Source of the DNA: Rotaria socialis | Lineage: Eukaryota | Reading direction: 5' to 3' | Assembly (NCBI GenBank): GCA_905331295.1 | Contig: CAJNYD010000020.1 | Location: 310,001-336,120 of the forward strand | Length of the DNA stretch: 26,120 nt | Shown: positions 1 to 11,200 of the stretch, in pieces | How positions within the stretch are numbered: position 1 is the first letter of the stretch | Layout of the letters: each line of letters begins with the position of its first letter | Program-made: the position numbers and the translations under genes | Notes under the pieces: generated by a model | Databases searched by the model: none | The model's input: only the letters and a program-made list of their open reading frames with translations | What the model was told of the DNA's origin: nothing

Positions 1-234
1 GTGTTTTTCTATCAAAACAAGATATATCTGACTATGTTTATAGCATTCTTTATATACACGAATCAAGAATGCTGTTTATCGGTATGAAAAACTAGTCTCT
101 TGTTAGTGACGAATGGATCGGAAAACTATCTTTAGAAATTTCTTCTATTCTCGCTTCTATAATTCACATCGAATAATTTAATCGTGCTCTTTTTATTTAT
201 TCTGTATTACATAGAAGGCTAAATATATATATAT

Positions 235-609
235 GTCGGAGTTGACTCTAAAATCCAGTTGCCTTTTAAAGGCAACTAGTTGTCTTTAAAATTGAAGAGT
301 CAACTAGTTGTTTTTAAAATTTGATAGTCAATTAGGATAGAGCTAGTTGANACACCCATACCCACTCCCACACCCTCAATCTCATCTATTGATTAAAATA
401 CTCTTTATCATATCAATAACAACTTTATGATTATACATTTTAAAGTCAACTAGTTGGTTTTAATGTCAACTAGTTGTCTTTAAAATTTTATAGTCAACTA
501 GGATGGAGCTAGTTGACTCTTCAATTTTAAAGACAACTAGTTGACTCTTAAATTTTAAAGTCGACTAGTTGCCTTTAAAAGGCAACTGGATTTTAGAGTC
601 AACTCCGAC
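235..609. mobile_element. MITE / foldback non-autonomous DNA transposon inserted in a (TA)n tract
   Basis: Terminal inverted repeats GTCGGAGTTGACTCTAAAATCCAGTTGCCTTTTAAAGGCAACTAGT are identical for about 45 bp and similar for about 100 bp. They are built from CAACTAGTTG palindromic modules, and (TA)n flanks both sides. No ORF. Confidence 0.9.
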
Positions 610-923
610 ATATATATATATATAAAGCATTAGATCTAATACGATATTATCATTCGAGATAAAGCAAGGACATCGACAGTCTTTTTGCGAGAAGAATGAA
701 AACAGGACACTTTAACAAATGATTCAACGTTTACTGATGAGATATATGTTAGAGACAATAAAACAGAGTTACCGTTAAAAAGAAGAATTCATCGAAATTT
801 GAAACAGCTGTTTTCAATACTCTGGTAAACTGATTTCGTTGGTTCATAATATGCTTACCTAGTGGCAATTAAGTTCGATCACGAATCATAATGAGAACTA
901 TCAAACTTCACTATATACTTTAG

Positions 924-3900
924 GTTGTATGGGTCGTGTTCTATTATACAATACTCAACCGCTACAGTTTACTTCTCAACCGTTATTTATTTCCGAACTG
1001 GCTAATCTACCATTTACTCCAATGGAAGCAATAATACATATATGTCATGTGATAAAACATCGAGCTGTTGGTCTTCTATCGAATCGAATTTTTGTATTAT
1101 GGCAATATACACCAAATGAAAATGCATTACGAACATTTTGTAATCCTTATCGTTATGATTTTAGCCGTTGTCATTACAATTCGAAATTTGATTATATTAT
1201 ATTTGCGTTTATTGATGGTTTTATTTTAATTTATCAAATAAATCAAATGAAACAAATCCGTCGTTGTCAACATCATTGGCAAATGATTACTGATTTAGTT
1301 AATAGTCAAAATCAAAATTTACTTTTGTCATCATCAATCGATCATTTGATTAATGTTTGGAATTTAGGTAATATAAAAATTTCATAAGCAAAATTAGTAG
1401 AAAATATTATTTTCTTTTAGAAACTCTTCAACATCTCTACCAATATAAAGCCGATGAAGAAATATTTCGAATTGATGTTATTCATGAAAGTTTATTTTAT
1501 TATCGTACTTTAAAAAGTATCATTCTTTTTAACTTAAATTTGCATACAATTCTATTTTCAATTACAAACACAAAAGTCAAATCATTAAAATTATTTACAG
1601 ATATGCAACATATTGCACGTATCATAGCAATAGTTGAAGATAATTCAAGTATACTCATATCACCAGTTAGTGGATGTTGTCTCAATTATGTATCGAATAT
1701 AGCTAAAAAACCGATTAAGCAAATATTGCACGATATCAGCAGGTAAAGGATAGAGACTTGTTAGGAGAGACTCTATCTGGTTGAGAGTACTACTCATTTC
1801 AAAAACCACTGGTTTATAGATATAGAATTACTTTGCTATCGTATTTCTAGAAGACTTACTGAAAGGTTGATGAGCACTAGGACAAATACAAGTATTTTAC
1901 TTGTGTTTTGGCGAATTACTTAGTATCTATATCGAATGAGTCATAAAAAAAATGCAACATCTAGGTATCGAATACTTTTCTTCGAACTCTACTGAAGATA
2001 ATGGATGTTCAGTTAGATCGCGCATCTGATTCAAGCGATAATAATTAGTAAATCTATTCCAATGTGGTTAATTCTTAAAGAAATGCTAGTAAATAAATTG
2101 ATTTGTTGATAAGTCTTTAGTGATTATAACACTTTTAACGTGTAAAATCTAGATCAAGCATTTATTCACTTCAATCCGATGGTGAGATAGTTCTCTATCA
2201 TGCAGATAATAATCCATGTGTTGCTGAGTACAGAATTCGAACAAAATCTGAACAATATGCTATTACTTGTATGACATTAATTCATCCAATATGTACACAA
2301 CTTTTTAATTTAACGACTATGAAAACAACAATAGAAAAATCTCTGGAGAAACAAATCGTCTTTTTGGGTCATGCAAATGGTTACATATCTCTTTTTCAAG
2401 GTTAATCATTTCAATTCCTTTGTTTTAAAAATAATTGCTCTTCTATAGGTGATTCATTCACAATGGAACCAATTCTAGCACATAAAAGTTCTATACTATG
2501 TCTTGAGACATCACGAACTAGTATGCAAACATCGAAGATATTATTTACAAACTGTGAAGTTCTTCTTTCATCAAGTATCGATCGAATTATTCATTTGTGG
2601 AATTTAACTATTAATAAATTTGATGATTCCATTCAATTAATTCATATTGTGGCAGTCGAACAAGAAAAAAATATCTCATTTGAATCTATTAAATTTCTAT
2701 CTATGATTGATAATTTTATTGTTGCTAATTATTCGGATCAAAATTATTTACATATTTGGCAATTATTAAATATTTCTATTCGAACTAATGCTCATGATCA
2801 ATGGGGTATTGTGGAACATCCAACAAAAGGTAATCATCATCATGGTCAAATACAGGGTAAAAATTTATTTGGGATTTTTAAAAAAATCGTCTATTCTTTT
2901 AATTTCCTATAGCAATATCTGCATCATTAAAATTAAAATTATTCGCGTCATCGGATACGGAAGGTACAATAAAAATATGGGATAATACAAATAGTTTAGT
3001 GCGCGAAATATATCTTGATAAATCACTTGGTGCAATTGAATTTCTTTCACAAAATGATGAATTGCTCGTTGCTTATCAAGATAATATTCATTTAATATTA
3101 CCAGAAAATTATTTATCTAATTATCAAAAATTGAAAATTAAACAACAGGCATTTGCTACTATAATTGCAGAAAATGATCTTTTAGAAGTTACACAACCAT
3201 TGATTATACCATATCAATCACTGCCGATATTTAATTATCGTATTAAAACACATCACACTAAACAACGATTACAAATATTTGAACGACAATTAGCAGGTTA
3301 AAAGCTCATTTTAAACGAGAAGCTAACTATAGAATTTTTTTTTATAGATTTAAAGTTTCTTATATAGAAGAATAAGAGGAGAGACTGTTCAGTAAGAAAC
3401 AAAATCTGAAGACAACTTTTGTTGAAATTCAAACATAAAATTATATTTAAGGCTGATCTCTTTTTCCTTGAGATTTGATCGAAGTACTACACATTCAAGC
3501 GTAAGTCCACTCAACGACTTTCTTAATAATGAATCCCACCAAACCCGACAATGATGATAAACCTTTAAGAATCAATGAAAATAACTTTTTAAAGGCACCA
3601 CTAGTGTTATAAGACTCTAGTGATAGACTCGCTGAAAAACAACAGTCTAAATCTGGAAAAATACAACAAACTTATTTAGATATGTAGTAATATAAATGAC
3701 ATATAAATATATACTAAAACAAGGTCAAACTTCTTCGAGCAACGAACTCACATTATATTTGTACGAAGATAAAATCACTATTTATCCGTTTTACTTATAT
3801 TTAAATAAGATTTATACGAAGTAGTCCCGTGACTTTTGCACTTCAATCTAGACTTTAAATAGATTTTAGTAAAGGCTAAAACAATAAGAATTTACTAAGA

Positions 3901-4586
3901 TTTAAAGCTTAGAACTACAGTATTCTACTTGAACTGTGACATGAATATATCGTTCTATATTAATCTAATAAATTTCATCTAATTCAAAATAAAGTCCAAT
4001 TTATCTTACATTTGAGTTCTCAGTTGTCTTAGAGAACCAATTTAGAAATATACTATTTCATAATCTTTTCGTTTTGGGTTTTCGCAGAATAAATCTCAGT
4101 TTATCTTTTTTCTCTCGCTTTGTTCTAAAACAAATTATCGAATAGGAAGCAGATCGATAAGCACAAGAAAAGTTCAACACGTAAAAAAATGAAGGTAACA
4201 ATAAAATCTATCGAAGGTTGTGAATGTTAGACTTCATTTAACTTTTTTTTGTACGTGCCTAACTTTTCGGTGATGCAGCCGTTTTTTGTAGCTAGATGTT
4301 ATGTAATACATATTCATGATTTTCATCTATCTACCATAATAAATCATCAAGTTTAAAAATTCACACTATTCTAGGCCGTTTCACTGTCGTGGAAAGTGAT
4401 AGTGCTCAATCAGATGATGAAAATCTTCTATCGTTAAATATGGATCGTTTATCCATAGTTAGTGATGATGCCGATTGGTTTGGATTAGCTGAAGATGTGA
4501 AAGATATATTGCGAATGAAGAAAAAAGAAATTCGACATCAAAACAAACAATTAAAGACAATAGAAACAGAAATAAATGAACAATAA
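924..4586 (+). CDS. WD40-repeat protein, WDR87/WDR97-like (probably 5'-partial)
   Basis: Exons 924-1367, 1421-1742, 2153-2400, 2449-2856, 2913-3296 and 4375-4586 join in phase at GT-AG sites (about 671 aa). WD motifs: LLSSSIDHLINVWNL, LLSSSIDRIIHLWNL, LFASSDTEGTIKIWDNTNSLVREI. The last motif plus IEFLSQNDELLVAY resembles the WDR87/97 family from memory. Upstream exons were not resolved, and the last exon is assigned by phase only. Confidence 0.8.
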
Positions 4587-4612
4587 TTGTATGAAATAAA
4601 AATAAAAATAAA

Positions 4613-6801
4613 TCAAAAAGGTCGAAACGAATGAAAATTATTCTGAATATTATATATTTCTGGTACGGACGGATTCGATTGTTTGACATGTTGAGATCTA
4701 TATAAATAATCCATTTTTGCTTTTTGTCCTTGTTCATTTGTTGTCCATTCGATAAGAAAAGTAATTTGTCTATGACGCGGTGGAATACAATCAAAAGTCG
4801 ATAGGGATTTTCGTGAATTACGAACATGTCTACTATCATTTGAATCGATCTCAAGATTTAAAAAATCAGTTGGTGATAAATTTTCAGCGACAAACATTAT
4901 AAAATCATATTGATTTGTTGTTACGTAATACGTATAATCTTTTCCCTAAAAAGCAAATTTCATTGAATTATTGGTTTTTTTATTTTATTCAATAACGAAC
5001 CCTTTGCGGTGGAATATTATTTTTTAAAACAGAAGCAATTAAACAGTCGGCTAAGAGTGCTGCTGGTTCGGGAGTAACCTGGACATTTATTTGAACTTTT
5101 GAATGCATGACTAGAGTATAATCTTTAATAGGCTGATGATCATCATTCCAGAAACTAGTTGAAAATGGAATAAGTACATAAAAGCCCGATGTTAAAGAGC
5201 CAATCCAATGAGTAAATGCTCCACGACTTGTACATAATATAGCTTGACGTGTTCCAACATCTTTCGATGGTCCTTGTTCAACATTACATAATACAAATGA
5301 TTGTGTGTGCGTATTTCTTATTCGACGATTTTCACGATGGTATATTAAACTAATATTAACCAATGATGTTCTATAGATATGAAGAAAACAAAATTAATAA
5401 TTCAAAAAAAAAATCAAGAATCAATTTACTTCGATAAATGGAAATGATACGTTGGAATTAATTGTGTAGATGATCTTGTAAAACGATTGACTTCACGAAT
5501 ATCAAAGTAATCAGTCGCGTAAGACGATATTGTAATTGAATTGAAAAAACGAAGAAATTTCGGCCAAGAAATCCAAAAAGCACCTGGTGATATATAATCT
5601 CTATTGATATTATTTAATTTAGTAAGAATATATGGTGTAATTGATTCATCTGAATAATTCGAACGAGCATGTGGATCTCGAACTAATACAAATTGCATCG
5701 AAATATTTGATAATGAATGTGCGGCTAGTACAGAAAATGCATGATTATTCGGAATATTATTTCGAGTATATTCTTCAGCACTAATATCCGAACGACCTGT
5801 TGATGCACCAATTAACAGACTGTAGAAAAATGTTTGATTTCTTTGGTACAAATTTAACAAAAAGAAAAATCAATCTTACTGAGATTCACAAGCCGATAAA
5901 AGTTTCGCCCAAATCATCTCACTATCTATTGTGTGATTCTTTGAATTAAGATCAATATGATCACATGGTGCACCAGTTAACAATTGAAGGCCTTCTTCAG
6001 TTTGTCCGCTGATCAAATCAGCATAGGAACCAAATAATTTTGCACAGGCCTTTTCAATTAGAGGAACATACAATTGACGACGATGTGCTTGGGTAAATGC
6101 AAGTTGATTGTATTGTGTACAAGGAAAGCAATCGTCGACAATAACTGTTTTCCATAAACCATTATGACAAATACGTACAAGATAAACACCTTGATTATTA
6201 ATTTTCTTTATTAAAAGTATATGTTCAAGCATTTGTGGTCGTTCAGTAATAAGAGCTAATGCAGCCATAAGCCAACAATCACCGAGAGTACCTTGTTGAA
6301 TATCACTTGGTTTTGGTGATGAATAAACTGACCATTTCAAACGAAGATCTGACTGTGACGATGGAGATATTTCCGATATTCTTAACCATTGTAATGGATA
6401 ATTTTTCAATGCATCAATGTAACCAATAGAACGAGCTATTGGTGGAAATTGATCATCAACAAAATGTGTATTCTCCTAGGAATCAAAATAAAATGTCAAG
6501 CTGTAATTCGTTTTTTTTAAACTAAATCAATTACTTGTTGACAAAATAAAACTATATCAGTAAAAAGTTTTTCTGCATTTGTTTCATCGGAATGTCGACG
6601 ATCGTCTATAGCAAGTGAGATCGATGTTGTTGGTGATCCTTTTGTATTTACAAGATTTCTCTAAAAAAAAAGAAAGATTTTAAATATATAATTTTAAAAA
6701 CTATATCGATAAATTCATACCGAAGATTTTGCCGATTGGTTGCTGAAAGAACTATTCTCTAGTCGATATGTTCTATTCATGGGTCTTTGATTAAGATTCA
6801 T
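4613..6801 (-). CDS. CAPN15: Calpain-15 / SOL (small optic lobes)-like cysteine protease without N-terminal zinc fingers
   Basis: Exons 6801-6721, 6660-6535, 6475-5880, 5819-5430, 5370-5001 and 4945-4613 total 1896 nt (631 aa), all GT-AG and in phase. CysPc motifs: FVDDQFPP, DIQQGTLGDCWLMAAL, VIVDDCFP, LIEKACAKLFGSY, NHAFSVL, FWISW. The C-terminus is SOL-homology-like with no EF-hands. The symbol denotes family, not proven orthology. Confidence 0.9.
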
Positions 6802-6810
6802 ATTTTTCTG

Positions 6811-6864
6811 TTATTGATTTCGATGATTAGATAGAAAATCAATATTCAGCCAAACCTTACTCAT
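6811..6864 (-). promoter_or_regulatory. 17-codon upstream ORF in frame with the calpain start
   Basis: ATG at 6864 follows a splice acceptor (cttttag). It encodes MSKVWLNIDFLSNHRNQ then TAA at 6813-6811, 9 nt before the in-frame ATG at 6801. Confidence 0.5.
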
Positions 6865-8207
6865 ACTGTTTATCTAAAAGAAAAAAAAAGTAGTTAAGGA
6901 TACGTATACACGACGAAAGTCAACAGAATATGACCGATGTTTCTCTTCTTTTCTCTGGCTCGTTTTTTTTTCTGCATTGTATTGTAGTTTACTTTAACCG
7001 GCGCAATACCGAACTATCGACTGACGAAGTGAGTCATCACAACTTTGCCCTTTTCCTGTTGAAGTATAAAATAAGGACAGAATAAGAAAAAAAGTGCACA
7101 TATTATTCATTATGTTGCCATATAAATCGGTGACATAATATCCAACACACAGAAACAACACACAAAAATGATTTGATATATTTTGACGATCATACTCTAC
7201 CAATTTTTAATGAATCACTGCCTATAATTTTGTCCAATGTGTATTTCATTTTATCAAAAGTCACGTTCAACGTGTCCTTCCTGCAACAACGTTTACATTG
7301 GAGAAAAAAAATACTGTGCATGGTTTTAAACAAAATTTTACTTTGTGGTAGTTCCTTAGACACTCATGTAACAGTTGTATTTGAATAAAAGCATCGACCT
7401 TCAATGTCTTTATTCAACTGATCAATGAAGTGCATTGGATTGAGAGAAACAAAAATTATTTCCAACCTTTCAGTTTGTACGGTGAAAAATTTTAATGTCT
7501 CACGGGGTCAAACAAAAAATACGATTGACAATATATTCTTCATATTGCAAGTATGCCAATACTTGTATTTGAATCCATCTATTTGCAGATAGATCGACTG
7601 TCAGTCAAAACAATAAAAAAAGCCGAAATATCAAAATGTGTGTATTCATGTATCCTAAAAAAAACATTTATCAAATGTATATAACTGAAGTAGAACTAAT
7701 ATTTATAATCATAAAACATAGACACTGGAGACTGACTAAAGTTTGAATTCGAACAGATCTATTATCTGATGAAATATTGATATTTCAAAAAATCAAAGGT
7801 GCGGTTTAAGCAGCTTGAATAGCTAATAGTATCTATGAATATTTGATATCTACTTAGAATGTGAATAGCTTTGTTGAAACTCAGCATTTCATTATTCAGA
7901 TTCGCAAAACCTTCATGGCTACATAGAACCAAATATCTGTTAAAATTCTTTCAGTTCAAGGATGTAATTTAATTTTGAAACCATAAAGTCCTATAAATTT
8001 GCTTGAAATGCAAGTTAGTAACTGTGCAATTGAAAAGGCTTGTGAATCATATCAATATGCATTTATTTATTTTTTTGTAATTATCAATTATTGACAAGGT
8101 TCACTAATATTTTACTCTTCCATTTTTGTCAAATCTATTTTTTGGTTCGTAAAAGAAAAAGAAAAATTTCTTATGCTGTTGTCTTTGATCTAATTCAATA
8201 AATACTC

Positions 8208-11200
8208 TTAAATTTCTGCGGTCTGAGAGTCAAGTCTTTTCTTGCAGTCGTCTTGTTTTGAATCATCATCATTTGCATCTTCTTCTTCAGTATCATCATG
8301 AAGAAAGCTTGCATCGTCAACTTCTTCAACTTGTAAATATCTTTCACCGTCAATGTTCGTCCAATATTTATTTGTGTCTAAGTTACGTTCTTCGGTAGAC
8401 ATTTCATTTTCAATTGCAAATACAATACGTGCTCGTTCCAAATGCCTATATTATTTAATACAAATTAAACATTTTTTAAACGGACTTCATAGTACGGCAA
8501 AGATTCTACTAACCAGATTTGTGTTGCACCTTCAATAACATTTCCATATGTATCACCCATCATAGCGATAAGTAAGTTGAGTAATAATATTGTTACGACA
8601 ATAATATAAATGATAAGTAATACTACACTCACATAGCTGTAGTTTGTTTGCGTATAGGCATCCAAATCAAAATCGCCTAACATGCCTAGAAAACTTTGCT
8701 TAACACTAAGCAGAAAACCACCAAAACCTAAATAGAAATTAAAAAAAATGATTCAATGTTAATATTATGTAATATTTACCATTATTATTAAATAAAACAA
8801 AAAATGCTTGTGAAAAGCCAGCAAGAAACACGGCGTAAATAATAAAAAATCGAAGAACATCATTGAATAACATTTCATAAATCATTACAACGAATGGACC
8901 GGTTAATCGAAAAGCCATTACGAAAAACAACATATAGCCCCAACCAACAATTGCTGCTATGGCTAATACGGCTGATTGGGCTTCCATGTCAAATGCGCGA
9001 AGAATATTAATGATATATATGCTTACACAAAATAAACACGCTAAGCAATTTTCAAGAAGACCAGAACCCTATGAAAATAATAAAATCGTTTAAAAGATGT
9101 TTTTTTGAGAAAAAAGCAAGCATTTATTTTACCGTTGTTTGAAAATATTTTTTAATGCCTAAACTATTCATTTCGTTATATTCAGATTTTCCTTTCCAAA
9201 TAGCTCCTGCTAATACAAAAAGACGGCCAATTGTACATACAACTTGAGTTACCATTTCTGCGGGTTCAACTTTGACAACCACAGTGTCATCACCAGTGCC
9301 CTCAGTCTAAAATAAACAATAGTGTTACTATCATAATATAAGTTCTTGTTGATTCATTATTGAGAAGATTATAATTCTTTTTTATAAAAATTAATTATAT
9401 ACAGAAACTAGCAATTTAAATCTTTTTGCTTTTCATAAATAAATTTAAAAATACTATTAGTCTTGTTTAAAGTATCAATTTTTTTTATGAAAACAGCTAT
9501 TTAGAGAAACAGTATTTAGTATAAATTTATTCGTTGAGGTTTTTGAACTAAGATATTTTTTTACTATAATGCATTATACGAATCTAACAGAAGAAAAGAA
9601 AATCCATATGATGAATTTCAAGATTTTTAGGACTTCACAGATGCATTAGAAATAGCTCATCGTAGACATGAGAAACATTTTCGTCAGCATCTTTTCTTCA
9701 TTGGAACCTGTACTTGATATTAAAATAGAAACGCTATAGGCAGCGTCAAATGTTATTAATATCTTAACGAATAACATTTGATTAGAATATATAAATCTCA
9801 GAATCGTGTCCTTCATGAGATATAATGAAATAATTAATATTTAAATATGATTTGAGTCGTTTTTTATACGTATCAAAAAGATTTTTATGGACAAGTAAAA
9901 TTTCTACTGTCTAAATATATCTGAATCTTACTCATATACATAGCCGGCGGAACGGTTTTCCTCTAGGGTAGGCTCAATTTTCTAGCTAAATGAGACAGAG
10001 CAGCGGCAGGGCTGCCATGACCATTCCAACTTTGGGAGGGGGCGGTAAAAAAATGTTTTCTTCGCGATGCTGTGCTCACGGACGTCGCGAGCACCCAAAA
10101 CGTTTAAGCGGCAGTAATCAGTGTTGCCAGATCCACCTGATTTCGAAAAATTTTCAGGATTCTCTGCATTTTTTCTCAATGTTTTCGGAGGTTTTTGCAA
10201 TTTTTCGGATTTTTCAGAATTTTCAGATATAAATTCGGATTTTTGACTTCAACATCTGGCATCAATGAGGGTAACTGATAAAATCGTGCTTAAGGTAGTG
10301 TAAATTTCATTTTGTTAAGTACAATGCAAGACAATTTTTCGAATATTGGGGGTGTTACATCCCCGTTATCCCTCGATCAAGGCACCCTCGGGTACCTGAA
10401 CACGAATCAACTTCCGCTGCTTTTTTTCCAATGTTGATTTCTTGGTAGATTTAAATCTTATAAAGTCCAATGAATATCTTATCGAATCCCAGTTCGTATT
10501 GGTGAAAAAGAAAATATGAACTAACTTTGCAACAATACGCCATATGTTACTGGCACTGAAAATCATACGTGAAAACTAAACAATAATGAAAGACTCAGAT
10601 ATAATTGAGTCTACCCAAGCCTTCAACTGTTCTTGTTTGAGCCTACTCAAGTCTACCCTATTCCAAACTAGGACAGGCTCCGCCGTCTATGCTTATATAC
10701 GTACGTACAACCCTCGTGATATCTCTTTAGCTACTTGAGAAATTTAAATGGAAAATACGCTTAATTAGCTAGTATATAAAACTAATACTTTACCGTTTCT
10801 ATTCGTGATTGATCCAATATAGTCGTAAGAAGAAAAATAAGCAAATACAAAAATGTAACAAGGAAACGACGAAAAAAGATGCGTCTTGCAAAACGTTCCC
10901 ATTTTTTACTGACTAAATCTATAATACGTGGATGCATAATAAGTTCAACATGTGCGCTTTGAACAATTATTTCCAATGCACTATCCGGTTTATCATCATC
11001 CTAAAAATCAATGAGAATATCATTTTTTTATTAATTAATTAAATTCCAATGATTTAGTTTTCGTTTTATACTTCTTCTTGATTTATTTCCAAATCCACTT
11101 GATCAAGTGGATAGAGAACGCAAGCAACAGGACCAAAACTCCATTGAGTTATTTTACGTTCTTCAAGTAAAAATGAAAACATTTCTATTTGACCTAATTT

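Noticed and set aside
659..824. Possible upstream WD40 exon ending in a gtaaac donor
   Set aside because: It has an in-frame TGA near 698, no clear acceptor, and its phase does not match the exon at 924.
3406..3432. Hammerhead-like CTGAAGACAACTTTTGTTGAAA
   Set aside because: The stem II register conflicts with the GAAA core, and no stem I or III is present.
4459..4854. 131-aa minus-strand ORF
   Set aside because: It is an alternative frame overlapping the calpain last exon and antisense to the WD40 last exon, with no motif.
7720..7729. AGACACTGGA matching the TIR of the 21743 element
   Set aside because: An isolated 10-mer with no subterminal repeats or partner; likely chance.
9982..10566. 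ORFs at 9982-10200, 9990-10232 and 10366-10566
   Set aside because: They lie within the non-autonomous transposon, have low-complexity translations and show no transposase motifs.
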